Source: Marsupella aquatica
Lineage: Eukaryota; Plantae; Marchantiophyta
NCBI GenBank assembly: GCA_973895155.1
Contig: OZ316895.1
Span: 17,625,437-17,689,436 of the forward strand
Direction: 5' to 3'
Length of the DNA: 64,000 nucleotides
Part shown: positions 25,231 through 37,200 of the stretch, one piece after another
Layout of the letters: each line of letters starts with the position of its first letter
How positions within the stretch are numbered: the first letter of the stretch is position 1
Made by a program: the position numbers and the translations under genes
The notes under the pieces: model-generated
What the model saw: only the letters and a program-made list of their open reading frames with translations
What the model was told of the DNA's origin: nothing
Databases searched by the model: none

Positions 25231-26799
25231 TCCGTTAATATAGCTAAAGAGTTTTAATAAAATCTAAATTTAATAATCTAACTACTAAATTACTTATATA
25301 ATCTATAACATATTAAAACAAACAATTTTTTATAACTTAAGAGAAAATCACGACAGCGAGAAACAACAATAATGAACAGTGAACTCGAGACCGTGGGCGC
25401 CGACACTAAGGAAGGACTAATTAGAGTATTGTTTTAGCATAACCCTAATAACAGCCTAGCGACAGGAAGATTCCAGATGATCTCTGTACACTCCACCATC
25501 GATTGAACAAACTATGCAATCGTGAAAAAAAGATTACCGGATTCCTTTTGATTTGCCGTACTAAAGGAGATTTCTATTTGATCGCCAATTTGAAATTTAA
25601 ACCGGTAATTATGCAACTGCAAAAGATTGTTAGTGGGGACCCCCGGATCCGTATCTTCACTATATCCGCCAATTCAAATCCAAAATATGAATGAACAATA
25701 ACTTTCTCACGATCGTTCCATCACGTAGTGGAGGCGAACTTTAAAATCATTCCATTTTGGTAGTGGAGACCGTCGGATCCGGATCCGTACTCCACTCTCT
25801 ATCTTGCCAATTCAAACCCATACTCTAAACAACGTAAAACGATTCTCACGGTCGGGGAGAACCGATATTCAAAATCAATCCTGTACAATGATTCTCACGA
25901 CTGGAGACTCAACCAATTTTCAAAATTAAAATTGAGTCCAGATGAACACATCCTTCATGGAGTCAATAGACTGATCTCATTGCTCACGGATCATTCTTCA
26001 TTTTCAGTTTCTCCTGACCGGGATACTAGCTGGGCTCTCAGCGGAGGCTGATCCAAGGCACATTTGAGGTGGAGCAGATTGGATCATTCGACTATTCCAA
26101 TCGGAGGCGGAGCTCATTCAAGCAACGCTGGCGCAATTCTTGTTGTATCACCTTCAATCTTGGGGAGAGCACATCCAATCAAGCGGGAGAGTTGCGACGA
26201 AGCAAGACGACAAACATTTAGAACCTCCATAGTCTGCCTCATTCATCAAAGCATTCTAGCGGACCAACAAAGAGCGGCTATTCTGAAATCATTGTCTGGT
26301 TGAGGATTTTGATCTTGATACGATCAATAAGTTGTCATTCTCTGGTGGTGGGATTCGGTCACGATACTCAAGGAAATTGGAGTTCAAAGGAGGAGGCTTA
26401 ATTGGCTGGGACGAGGAGGCTACGCTGGAAGGAAGAGGCTTGGCTGGGAGGAGGGTTTCCGCCAACATCGGAGGGTTGCCGCCAACATTGCTAAGACCAC
26501 ACGCAACTGAATAACTTGTAAGTATCAATCAGCATTAATTCCGCAATAAATGAGGAGAGTAGTTGTCTTAAATCATGCATTCAATGCATGAATTGAGTCA
26601 ATGAAGTTATGGTCCAATTTCTCACTCCGATTTTGATCAATTCGTGTTTCAAGTCCAATACAGAAGCAATGTATCAGAAGTACTAGTAGAGGATCCGAAT
26701 GAATTCTCTAGTCTAAAATTGTATGGCGTTCAAGTATAGTTGTTCGTACGTTTTGCTATTGTTTATTATAGTCGACGGCCTAGCAAAATGAAACGTAAT

Positions 26800-27980
26800 C
26801 GAGGTCCATTTTTCAGATCAGACTGATCTCAACTTGTTAGTAGGATGACCTGATTTTTTGGTTACACATGTAGTTCATCACACGCACAGTCGCGTGAACC
26901 AATTTATCTCATGTCTTTTGATATTGTTTATTGTAGTCGACAGCCTAGCGAATTGGCCAGCAATCTATTTTAAAACTAACGTCTTCATTTCATCACGCGC
27001 ATGATCGCGTTAATGTTTTAGAGGTCAGCGAAAGCTCTGCACTCTTAGATGTAATCGCCCTTTATTTCTCAGATCTTCCTGATCTCAACTTGTTAGTAGG
27101 ATGACCTATTTTTTGGTTACACATGTAGTTCATCACGCGCACAGTCGCATGAACCAATTTATCTCGTGTCTTTTGATATTGTTTATTGTAGTCGACAGCC
27201 TAGCGAATTGGCCAGAAATCTATTTTTAAACCGAGGTCTGTGTTTCATCACGCGCCCGGTCGCGTTAATGTTTTAGAGGTCAGCAAAAGCTCTACACTCT
27301 TAGACGTAATCGCCCTTTATTTCTCAGATCTTCCTGATCTCAACTTGTTAGTATGATGACCTATTTTTTTGGTTACACATGTAGTTCGTCATGCGCATAG
27401 TCGCGTGAACCAATTTATCTCGTGTCTTTTGATATTGTTTATTGTAGTCGACAGCCTAGCAAATTGGTCAGCAATCTATTTTAAAATTGAGGTCTGTGTT
27501 TCATCACGCGACCGGTCGCGTTAATGTTTTAGAGGTCAGCGAAAGCTCTGCACTCTTAGACGTAATCGCCCTTTATTTCTCAGATCTTCCTGATCTCAAC
27601 TTGTTAGTAGGATGACCTGTTTTTTTGGTTACACATGTAGTTCATCACGCGCACAGTCGCGTGAACCAATTTATCTCAGGTCTTTTTGATATTGTTTATT
27701 GTAGTCGACTGCCTAGCGAATTGGCCAAAAATATATTTTAAAACCGAGGTCTTCGTTTCATCACACGCCCGATCGCGTTAATGTTTTAGAGGTCAGCGAA
27801 AGCTTTGCACTCTTAGACGTAATCACCCTTTATTTCTCAGATCTGCCTGATCTCAATTTATTAGTAGGATGACCTGTTTTTGGTTACACATGTAGTTCAT
27901 CACGCGCACAGTCGCGTGAACCAATTTATCTCAGGTCTTTTTGATATTGTTTATTGTAGTCGACAGCCTAGCGAATTGTC
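26800..27980. repeat. ~255-bp tandem array, ~4.5 copies, two palindromes per unit
   Basis: TGATCTCAA(C/T)TT(G/A)TTAGTA(G/T)GATGACCT at 26825, 27080, 27335, 27591 and 27848. Nine palindromes lie between 26879 and 27918. Confidence 0.92.
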
Positions 27981-28224
27981 AGTCAGAGGAATCTCGATTT
28001 TTCCTTGATTGCAAAAATGGTTACATTGATCCCGAAGGACTTCAGATGTGGAATCCATATCCTCTAGCACTATCCAGGAATTTAACTGACCTGGTCTTTC
28101 GAACACTATTTTCCACGGGACGAAATTAAGCTACACAGTATCTATAACAGGTTCTAACTTGAACTACTCTTGAATCTGTAGTTCTAATCTTCAACTACTC
28201 AAAATATTGTTGACTTTGATCAAG

Positions 28225-28766
28225 TCAGTCATTCCAAGATGAAGGCATCCACTCATCGGTGTCTGGTGTGGATTCCCTTGAATCCATAAATTCTTCCTTT
28301 GCCCAAGTCCTAACGTCCATAGATTTTCTCGGCTTGCTCTTTCTGTAATACAAATCAGAATCTTCGTTCATCTCTAATTGCCTTTTCTTCGGTGCGTCCA
28401 CTTTCTTGGCCTCCTTCTTGACTGTCTTAGCGTCTACTGCTGCTTCCCCGAAATGGATTCGACGCATGCTCTGGCCTTCAACTTCTCCCCCCTCGAAACG
28501 GATTCCACGAGGGCTTTGCCCTTTAACTTCTCCCCTGATGCCATCTTTGTAGTCATCTTTGTCGGATTGGTCTCCATCTGATCTTCCATCGACAAATGTG
28601 GTGAACAATGTCGTCTCTCACAAAACATTTGACCCAATTTAGTCACCGTAAACATTATATTACATCGCTGACACATTCTGTAAGGAGTACCACGAATTCA
28701 ATACGTTGAACCTTCTGAATTGTCCGTTAGAACATCCTCATTCTTTGAGCTCAGCGGAGTAGTCAT
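28225..28766 (-). pseudogene. Small Cys-motif/charged protein remnant
   Basis: ATG 28766 is in frame, through one TGA, with MCQRC...FCERRHC. An apparent frameshift then leads into a D/E/K-rich tail ending at 28225. A TATAAA lies on the minus strand near 28896-28901. Confidence 0.35.
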
Positions 28767-29118
28767 CGCCCTTCAAACAAGAGATGCGGACTGAGACTAA
28801 GAATTGGAAATGAGAGAGCTGATGTGCGAATAGATTATCCAGTAGCCAAAAAGTGGAATGCGTGGGGGAATGAGCAGTAGGGATCATCTCAATGCTTTAT
28901 ACTGTTTAGTCTCCACTAGTCATTGTACATAGTGGTTTCTAGAAGAGAGTGCGCGTTTGACTGGCGCGTATTAGAATTGGCGGGAAGTCCAGTTGTCCTC
29001 TAATTATGGCTTTAATTTCACATTTGGCGACCGCCCCGGGATTACTGATTGCTAGTGAAGTACTGAGATTTCTTATGAGGGTTACTGACTGTCCGGTGTC
29101 CACTCATTGGTAAACTGG

Positions 29119-29700
29119 TACTGTCCACTCATTTTTTCTAAGTGGAGTTGAAATGATTGTTCGTAATCAATTGTAGTCGTTCTCATTCACTTGAAATGAC
29201 TGACGGACCATGCATAATCTGTTACCGGTATGTGTGATGCCTTTAGATCCGTAATTGTATCTTCCTGTCTCACGCGCAATCGTATCTTACTTATGAAGTA
29301 CCAAGTACGAGCTAGAGTTTGGGCCTAGCCTTCTAGCTTCTACGTCGTAGACCCTGTTATCCCTACATCCTCTGACTAAGGTCACGTGACTAGTCGCGTG
29401 CAGGGCAGTGCATTGACTACATTTTGCCTACTTATTGACGGTCGTGACAGGACAATGCAGTTCACGGACGTTTTACTGGCGCTTATTAGCATTATTATCC
29501 TCAGTAGTTACTGACTGTCCACTCATTTGTTCTGAGTGGATGTGAAATGATTGATCATAATCGATTGTGGCCGTTCTCATTCATTTGAAATGACTGACGG
29601 ACCATGCATAGTCTGTTGCGGGTATGTGTGGTACCTCTAGGGTCACGCGACTAGTCGCGTGCAGCGCAGTGTATTGACTACATTCTGCTTATTGACCGAC
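29119..29700. repeat. Dispersed direct repeats upstream of the transposase, with two palindromes
   Basis: ~29119-29245 repeats at ~29515-29635, and 29381-29425 repeats at 29642-29685. Perfect CACGCGACTAGTCGCGTG at 29644-29661. Confidence 0.8.
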
Positions 29701-29766
29701 GTGATAGGACAGTGCAGTGAAATTGACGGATGTGACATGATTGTACGCTTACAGTGATATTCTCTG

Positions 29767-32700
29767 ATGTGCATGATCATAATTATTATGGTGACATCGA
29801 TAGTTTGGATCAGGGAAGGCGGACAAGTTATTATAGGCATACGTGAGAAACAGGTTGGAAAAGGTCGCGTGATAAGTCTTGATCCTTCCAGGGTTTGTCA
29901 CAATGTTCCTCTTGGGGCAAACAGAGCTCTTCTTCTATTGGAGGAAGTTTTTGACGAGACCATTCTATGCGAAGATGGCAAACTTTTGAAGGACATGATT
30001 GGGGGTTACCTTGTATGGGAAAGGAATCAGCTTTTTTGAGCTCCCATAGAATCGGAGGATGTGTTTGGCACTGTTGGTGATGATCAAGATCTAGTCAGTC
30101 AAAATTCTGATGGGAACAACCATAATGAGAGTCGGTCTGGTGTGGAAGTAGTTTTACCAAAGGCCTTGTGGATGGGCATGCCTGTAAAGGTGGTGGATGA
30201 GAACAAGTTGATTTTTGCAGTGGCAACTATATATGTTCTAGATCCTATAGTGAAGCTTGGGGATGTCACCCTTGGGAATACACATGTGGGAATTCTGATC
30301 AATGATTTTGTCGAGGGAGCTACCATAGATCATCTGAAGCATAGAGATTGCTTAAAATCTTGGTCGATGGACCAACTCATTGCCAAGGATGGCAACTTGT
30401 TGTCTTTCCACAACATCAGGCAAGCTGTGGGAGGGAACACATCTCCAACAAGTGGCAAGCGGTCCTACGTCCATAAAAGTAGGAAAAGAAAGAGTCCATC
30501 TTCCCAGACATCTAGAAGAGACACATCTTTGGCACGTCAAGATGTGTTGTTGATAAACACTAAGGATTGTTGTAGTGAACATTGTTGCCAATATTTGGAC
30601 CACAACTTGGCTATGGCAATTAGGCAAAAGTGGTGGTCAAAATCTTTTGCGGAGCGCAAGGAGGAGGAAATCAAGGCTATTAAAAATACAATACACTTGG
30701 ATACTGGAGAAAGGATTCTAGCAGTGGAGGGCAAAGTATTGTGCTTGGAGGCATGGAGAATCATTCATTCAAGAGGAAAGACTCAATTTTATGCCTTGAA
30801 GAAGACTGTGATGGCTGGAATGAACATAGGTACCCATGGTAATGCTGGAAAAAGGCGTATGTCCGAGAAAGTATCTCAAGCGTTCATGTCAATGAAAGAG
30901 ATTATTGAGGAGGCAGTTGATCATCATCCAGCCAAGTTGAGAACCATGGCAAATAATACAAGGATGGTTTTGAGGGAATTGCCAACAAATTTTACTTGGG
31001 AGAATATTAGAAACAGGGTTAATGTTGTCAACCAGGAGGCTGGTCTTCCTCCAATTTCCCAACCCACCTTGAGTCATCTACATCAGATGTATTGAGATCT
31101 TCAGGGAGTTCTCACGTCACAAAAAGGGCAACAACTTTTCAAAGTGTACAACTTGTAGTGAGTTGCTTCAACGGAAAGCAAACCTTACAGGAGCTAAGGA
31201 AGAGTTAGAGGGCCTAAGGCGTGACGAGGAGGAACATCACCAAGACCACACACAGCAAAGAATGTGCTACCATACCTGGAGATATGAGTCCATCCATCGT
31301 CCAAAGGAAGTGTTATGCCTTATTCATGATAATTAAGATGGATCATTCAAAGACAGCTCTCCCAAGAATGCCCTTCAATCCTAAGCATGTGGATGGTGCC
31401 CAAAAGTTCCCAATTACTGTCACTGGTATCCTTACTCATGGTCATGGTCCCAAGGCCATAGCCCAATATCATGTTGGAGTGTGGCCAGGTGATGTCAACA
31501 TCACTATTGGGTCAATTGATTCAATACTAAGGATGTTGGAAAACCCAAATCCAATGATCAAATCACTTGTGGAGGGGCCAGACTCGACAAGTCTTTTTAA
31601 AGACCTCCTTTTTGGGAGAGCAGATATCTTGGAGGCAAGTGTCCTTAGAGCATTTGAGGATGACATTGCCTACATCTCAAGCCTAGGTACTTTACTCACA
31701 ATCCTTTAATTTATTATTATTTAATAATATAAGCTCACACACACTGACACTCTACTTTGTGTAGTTGTTGCTCCTCCTAGCCAAGGTTTCATTAATAGGG
31801 TTTAAACCCTAAACCCTAAATTGGGGTTTAGGGTCTGACTAGGGTTTTATTTAAAAGCATTCTGAGATTGTTACATTGTGATGCAACACCTGAGGCACCA
31901 AAGTTCAGGCCCCTTCCACGAGTATTGAAGCTACAACTGGATAATTATGCCTCAGACAACAAGAACAGATATATGATGGCTTATTTGTCATTGTTGACGG
32001 CAAGGGAGGTGTTTGAAGAGGTTCATCTTGGTTTTATGGTGGTTGGGCATACTCATGAGGACGTTGACTGTATGTTCGGGCATTTTTCAGAGTCTATGAT
32101 GCATAACCCCACATACTCATTGCCTGAGTTAATGTCCTTGTTCATGAGAGCAAGGACACCCAATGCAGTCCCACATTTTCTACAGGAGGTCCCAGATTTC
32201 AAAAACTACTTAGCTCCATTCATGTTGAAGGGCCCTGAGGCATTGGTGGGGCATTTAAAACCCAGGCTGTTTAGGTTCTATGTTCGTCATGATAGTATGT
32301 CATGCTTCCAATACAAAATGAAGTCAACTGATCAGGGATGGTTACCCAAGGAAGGTATTGAAATGTGGTCATGGAAAGATGACAAAAGTCCTCACATCCC
32401 AATTGGGGTGCCCAAACGGCTACCAATGATGGAGTTGAAAATGCTTCCTGAAGTGCTGACAGGGTTGAAGAAGCATGTGTCATTCTTTGAGTTTATTCTA
32501 AAGCGAACAAAAGAGGAAGAACCAAAGCGACGTTGGACAACTCTCATCAATTATTGGAATGACATTGTAGATACTCTACAGGGTGAGCAGGTGCAATATG
32601 AACCTGAAGGTGCACACAACTTGGAATACGGGTTTTGGCCTTTATCAATATGGAGAGAGCACGTTCCACCAGAATATCGAAATGTGGCATGTGAGTTGGA

Positions 32701-33170
32701 GGCAACAGTGATGTGGGACCAGCAAAAGATAAACCTCCTGAGAGTTTTAACCCTAGGGTTGATGTTGTGAAGGGCTGTTATGTGTTGGTACGGCCGGACG
32801 ACTCAGACCTGGATGTTTATCCCGTCCATATGGGGTTAGTTGTTACAGATGTGGTAGAAGGACCAGTGAATGAACAAAACCTTCTTACTCATGTATGTGG
32901 CGTTGAGTGGTTTAGACCATTTATGGCAAAGAAGCAACGTGGTCAATCAGACTGGCAGCCAAGAGAGTGGTGGGCAGATTCTTGGGATAAGAAATGGGAA
33001 CGTGATCCAACTCCAATATACAAGGAAGCTGAGACAATAGATGTTTCCTCTGCCTTGTGGTGTTTCAAAGCATGCAAAGGACCAAGACAGGGCTGGTAGG
33101 AATTCCAAAGAATGTTGCTGTCAAGGCAAGAGACTATCTCTTGACATGCATAGTAAGTGACAAATCCTAG
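29767..33170 (+). pseudogene. Sola1-like (DUF7869-type) DDD transposase with two N-terminal Tnp1/En/Spm-like domains
   Basis: CC..HCC and LCLEAW motifs, FSKCTTC, IHD/KMDHSKT, LQLDNYASDNKN and FMVVGHTHEDVD. In-frame TGA at 30037, frameshifts near 31095, 31330, 32710 and 33090, and an intron at ~31688-31870. Confidence 0.7.
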
Positions 33171-33965
33171 ACAGTAATGAAACATGTAGTTTAGCATACA
33201 ATTTAAAAGGCAACTCATAATAGTAGTAGCCAGAGAACTCAAGTTTAGACAAGTCTTATCGTCTAAGTTAGTTAGTTGGTTAGTTTATTTAAAATATAAT
33301 ATTAGTTAGTGGGGTCTTAGTTTGGTGATATTAAGGCATGATATTATTGACATTCAAATGAATGTCCAGTAGACATTGTAATATACAACAATCCTATTAA
33401 TTGTTGTAAAGGGTGGTCAATCTTTTTTGTATTCAACCCTATAGTAATTAAATAGACAATTGAAACAATGAATGACAATTTAATTAAGAATTTGTGCATG
33501 GATCAAGAGGTACTTGATGTCATTTAGTGATGCATTGTTATAAAGATCTTGCAACAAAACATTTGAAGTTTTTGACTATCCCACCAAATGTTAAAGAGGT
33601 TGATCATTCATTAACTTATAATATTTAAATAAAATTGGAATTAATCTAATAATTCAGTATTCCTTAAATTGGGGTTCCATGCCAAATGTACTCTAAATTA
33701 ATAGACCATAAAATAATATACTTACACTTTAATGCTCCATGCCAAAAAGTATTATACGCAAGCTACAAAATAACTACAATAGCACATGCAAGTACTCTAT
33801 GATATATTATATCTACCTTGTACTATAACTTACAGCCAATTTTAGGTTCCCATCTCACTCAATCCAAGAGCCATAAATAATTCAAGAAAATATCTGATGG
33901 CTTAGCTTTGTTCCCTCCTTTTTCATTTTTGTAACGGGACGAAGGACTAAAACTGGCGGGAATCG

Positions 33966-33981
33966 TTATTATAGTAGAAGA
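33966..33981 (-). mobile_element. Helitron-like 5' terminus
   Basis: The minus strand reads A|TCTTCTACTATAATAACG. Paired with the CTAG|T end at 10243 it would restore an AT target site. Confidence 0.4.
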
Positions 33982-34224
33982 TACTTTGTTGTTGTTTGTA
34001 GTTTAACTACTATTTGACCATCTTTTTCACTCTTGGTAAAGCAAAATAACTTTAGCTAACTTGAGACAATCTAACTTTCATCATCTGACCAGGTTTCGCC
34101 ATTAGATGGTTATCCATGTCCCCTGCATGCTTTCCAACCCTCAACATTGGGTTGGGTCTCTTACTTTGCTCTCGCTCCAACTTGGTCTTTGTTGTCCCTG
34201 TTGCCTGCCCCACTCCCCCATCCC

Positions 34225-37200
34225 TGTTAGATATTGCTATAGTCTTGTGACTCATGAGCTAACCACAGTTTGTCTAACTCGGGTTAGGACTTAGCTAATG
34301 TTAGCGGTAGTGTTGTTGTGCATATATAGCCAGGGCTGATGCCAGACCCTGGTGGAACTTAGGCTCATTGTTACGGAGCTAGTTGAGAAATCGGGAGAGC
34401 TTGTGTTGTGGATGCTTGGTATGGCCGGTCGGCCTAGAGTGAAGTAAAGCTCTTGTGTGTTCCCGTGGACGTAGCCTCATGTGGAGGTGAACCACGTATC
34501 TCTCTGTGTCGACTATTGTGCGTTGTATGGTTCATGGGCTTGCCGTTACGAATGTCGTCTATGCTCAACAAGTGGTATCAGAGCATGCTTGGGAGGTGAC
34601 GAGGTTTTTCGTGACAAGTTTTTCCAGCGTTCATTGTCGATGGTACATTCGGAGTTTCATCGCATGAAACTTGAATGTGTGTGGCTGTGCGGATAGGTTA
34701 GTGAGAGGGCTTTCTAACGGTGGTTAGAACTCGTTGATTGGTATCCGTGGTGCGGAGGAATCGATGTTTGTGTCATTCAGGGTTTATTCGTGTTTGACAG
34801 TATTTTGGGGGAGAGACCAGAGTTCGCATTTTTCAACGGTGTGAGCTGTGCGGTGCGGGAGGGATTGCACATTATAGCTCAAGTTGAAGGTTGAAGCGAG
34901 CTGGTCATTTCGGTAGCTGAGTTGCTACCGAGTTATTATCGAGTGCGTCGTGACGAGTGAAGGAGGCGTTCAGGTTTTTCACAAGCTATGGAGCTTGTTT
35001 ACATCTGAACCGGGTTTCTCTTCATGATGTCCAACTCGGTGGAAGAGACGCAAAGTACCACGGCTCAACAGTTTGATCGCGGTGAGGCGGTCATTTTGAG
35101 CCCGGGATTGGCACTTGACGCGGAGTGAAGGCGACGCGGCAGAAATTGTTTACTCTGCTAGAGCTGCAGACTGTGCCGGTGCAATTCGGCAACTTTTTCC
35201 GTCGGCAGCGTTCACTTTTCTTGTTGGAATCAACGGCTATTGAAGTGAGTTTTTTCCTTGTCACTTTGGGGGGAGTTTTTTGAATTTTAAGGGGGTTTTA
35301 GGGTGTCCTTCTATCGGCCAAGTACTGTATTGCCCCGGCCCCCCTCCCTCCCGTCCCCCGTATTATTAGGCACAAGGCGCCTCATGCAACGCCGACTGGC
35401 ACTATTTGCGTGACCTCGCGCACCTGCACGGCCTCGACCCCGCGTGGTGCCCCAGCGAGCTCCCGAGCGAACCCCCGACGCTCCCCGTCCGTTTACACCC
35501 CGTTCCTTGCCTTAAGCTGTGCGCCGACAGCCCCCCCTTCTCACCGATTCTTGTCGGGGGGCTCCCTCTGGCCGGCCCTCATTTTTTTGCTCCCTCCCCG
35601 ACCCCGCTAGGCGTATACCCCCGGCTCCCCTTGTATTTTCCCGCCTCATACCGTGTATGCCCGCTGGCCCGCCTCGCGTCGCCTATACGCGGATGCGCCT
35701 TTTTTGTTTATACTGGTATTTTTGGGTTGAGGGGCTTAGCACCCCTTTAGGGCCCCTTTTTATGCCTTTTTTTCCTCTCTTTTGGTTGTCCCTTGTGCCG
35801 GGACCTACCGCCCTCCATTTTAACCGCTCCGACAGGGGGAACGGCCCCTTGTGAGACCTATCGGATTGTGTGGGAATATTCCCGAAAAATAGAGAGCTAT
35901 TTTTCGGCCGTCTGACAAAGATTCCGTTCGCCAAACGGTAATTTTTTGGTTCTTTTTCGGTGAGGACGTTGCCATTGGAGTTAGCAACGCGGCGCACTGA
36001 TCACATCGCGATTCCGACGATGGGTTGTACTGGGTATTTTGGTTATTCTCCAAGGTGGTCAAAACAGGGGAGTTTCCCAAGGTTTTACCCACCCCGACCA
36101 AAATTTGAATAACTTTTTTGTCGAATTTTAATTTTGATTTTGGCTTTCAGTATTAGACTCCTAGCTTCGTGGGCTACGCAGCGGTGTTAAGTTTTGAGTT
36201 TTGTAAGAAGTTTCAAAAAAAGGCGTTTTTTTGTGATTGTTTCATATGAGTGACTCGGAGGATACTGGAAGAATTGGCGTTGGTGGAGCTTCAGGATCGT
36301 GACGATCAGACAGAGAGTCTGAGGAGGAGCTGCTACCATTTGAGGAGGAGCTTGTAACACTGGTATGATCACCGGTGCGACGTGTAGTGGAGGAAACTGT
36401 ACTACTACTAGAGCTGTCGGTAGTGGGGAAGAAGAGAGAGATGGCCAGATTTGGAGGAGTGAAGTTTGAGGTGGAGAAGTACGATGGTCGTACTGATTAC
36501 TTGCTGTGAGAGAAGCAAGTGAAAGGTGTTCTTTGGGCCATGGGATTACCTCACCTGCTCTCTTCGCGAGAGCAGTATGATGGAGAAGAGGAGATCTTAG
36601 AGAAGCAATGGAGACAGGAGCAGGTGATTGCTGTCAACGCAGTGATGCTATATCTCAAGCCACACATCATCAAGCAGCTGGATGATTATGCGGATTGCGC
36701 GTCACTGTTCAAGGCTCTAAGAGAGAAGTACTACCAGGAAGATGCGTCAGACCGGTTGTACAAGAAATCTCTCTTGATGAGCCTCAGGCTCAAGGAAGAG
36801 AGCAAGATGCAGGATCACCTGGATGAGTTTGACAATCTAGCGGTGGATCTATCAAACCTGGGAAAATGAGTTGAAGATGAGGATAAGGCCTTACTTTTGC
36901 TAAGCTCCTTACCGCCATCATATCAGGGCTTGAAATAGGTGCTCTTGTACAGAGATCTGAAGTCCATTTTGTATAATGAGGTGGTGAGCTCTTTACTGTC
37001 TGATGATGCTCAGAAGAAGTTGGGTCAATCACAGACAACATCTTCTTCTGGCACTGCACTGAACCTGAACCGTGGGAGAGCAACGCAACGCTCAAATGTG
37101 CAGAACAGATTTAGATCTACATCACGGGGAAGATCTAAATCCAGGGGGAAATTGCAAGAGAGAAAGTCTCTTGCATGTTGGAATTGTGGCAACATGAAAA

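Larger units (their letters stand above)
11706..33170. mobile_element. Large cargo-bearing DNA transposon-like unit (Sola1-like transposase plus divergent cargo cluster); termini uncertain
   Basis: Transposase pseudogene at 29767-33170 (+) and cargo at 11893-22245 (-). A shared palindrome runs from 11706 to 29661. No TIR/TSD pair could be identified. Confidence 0.6.

Noticed and set aside
35406-36101. Pro/Arg-rich ORFs in the copia leader
   Set aside because: Expected by chance in GC-rich DNA, with no domain signal.
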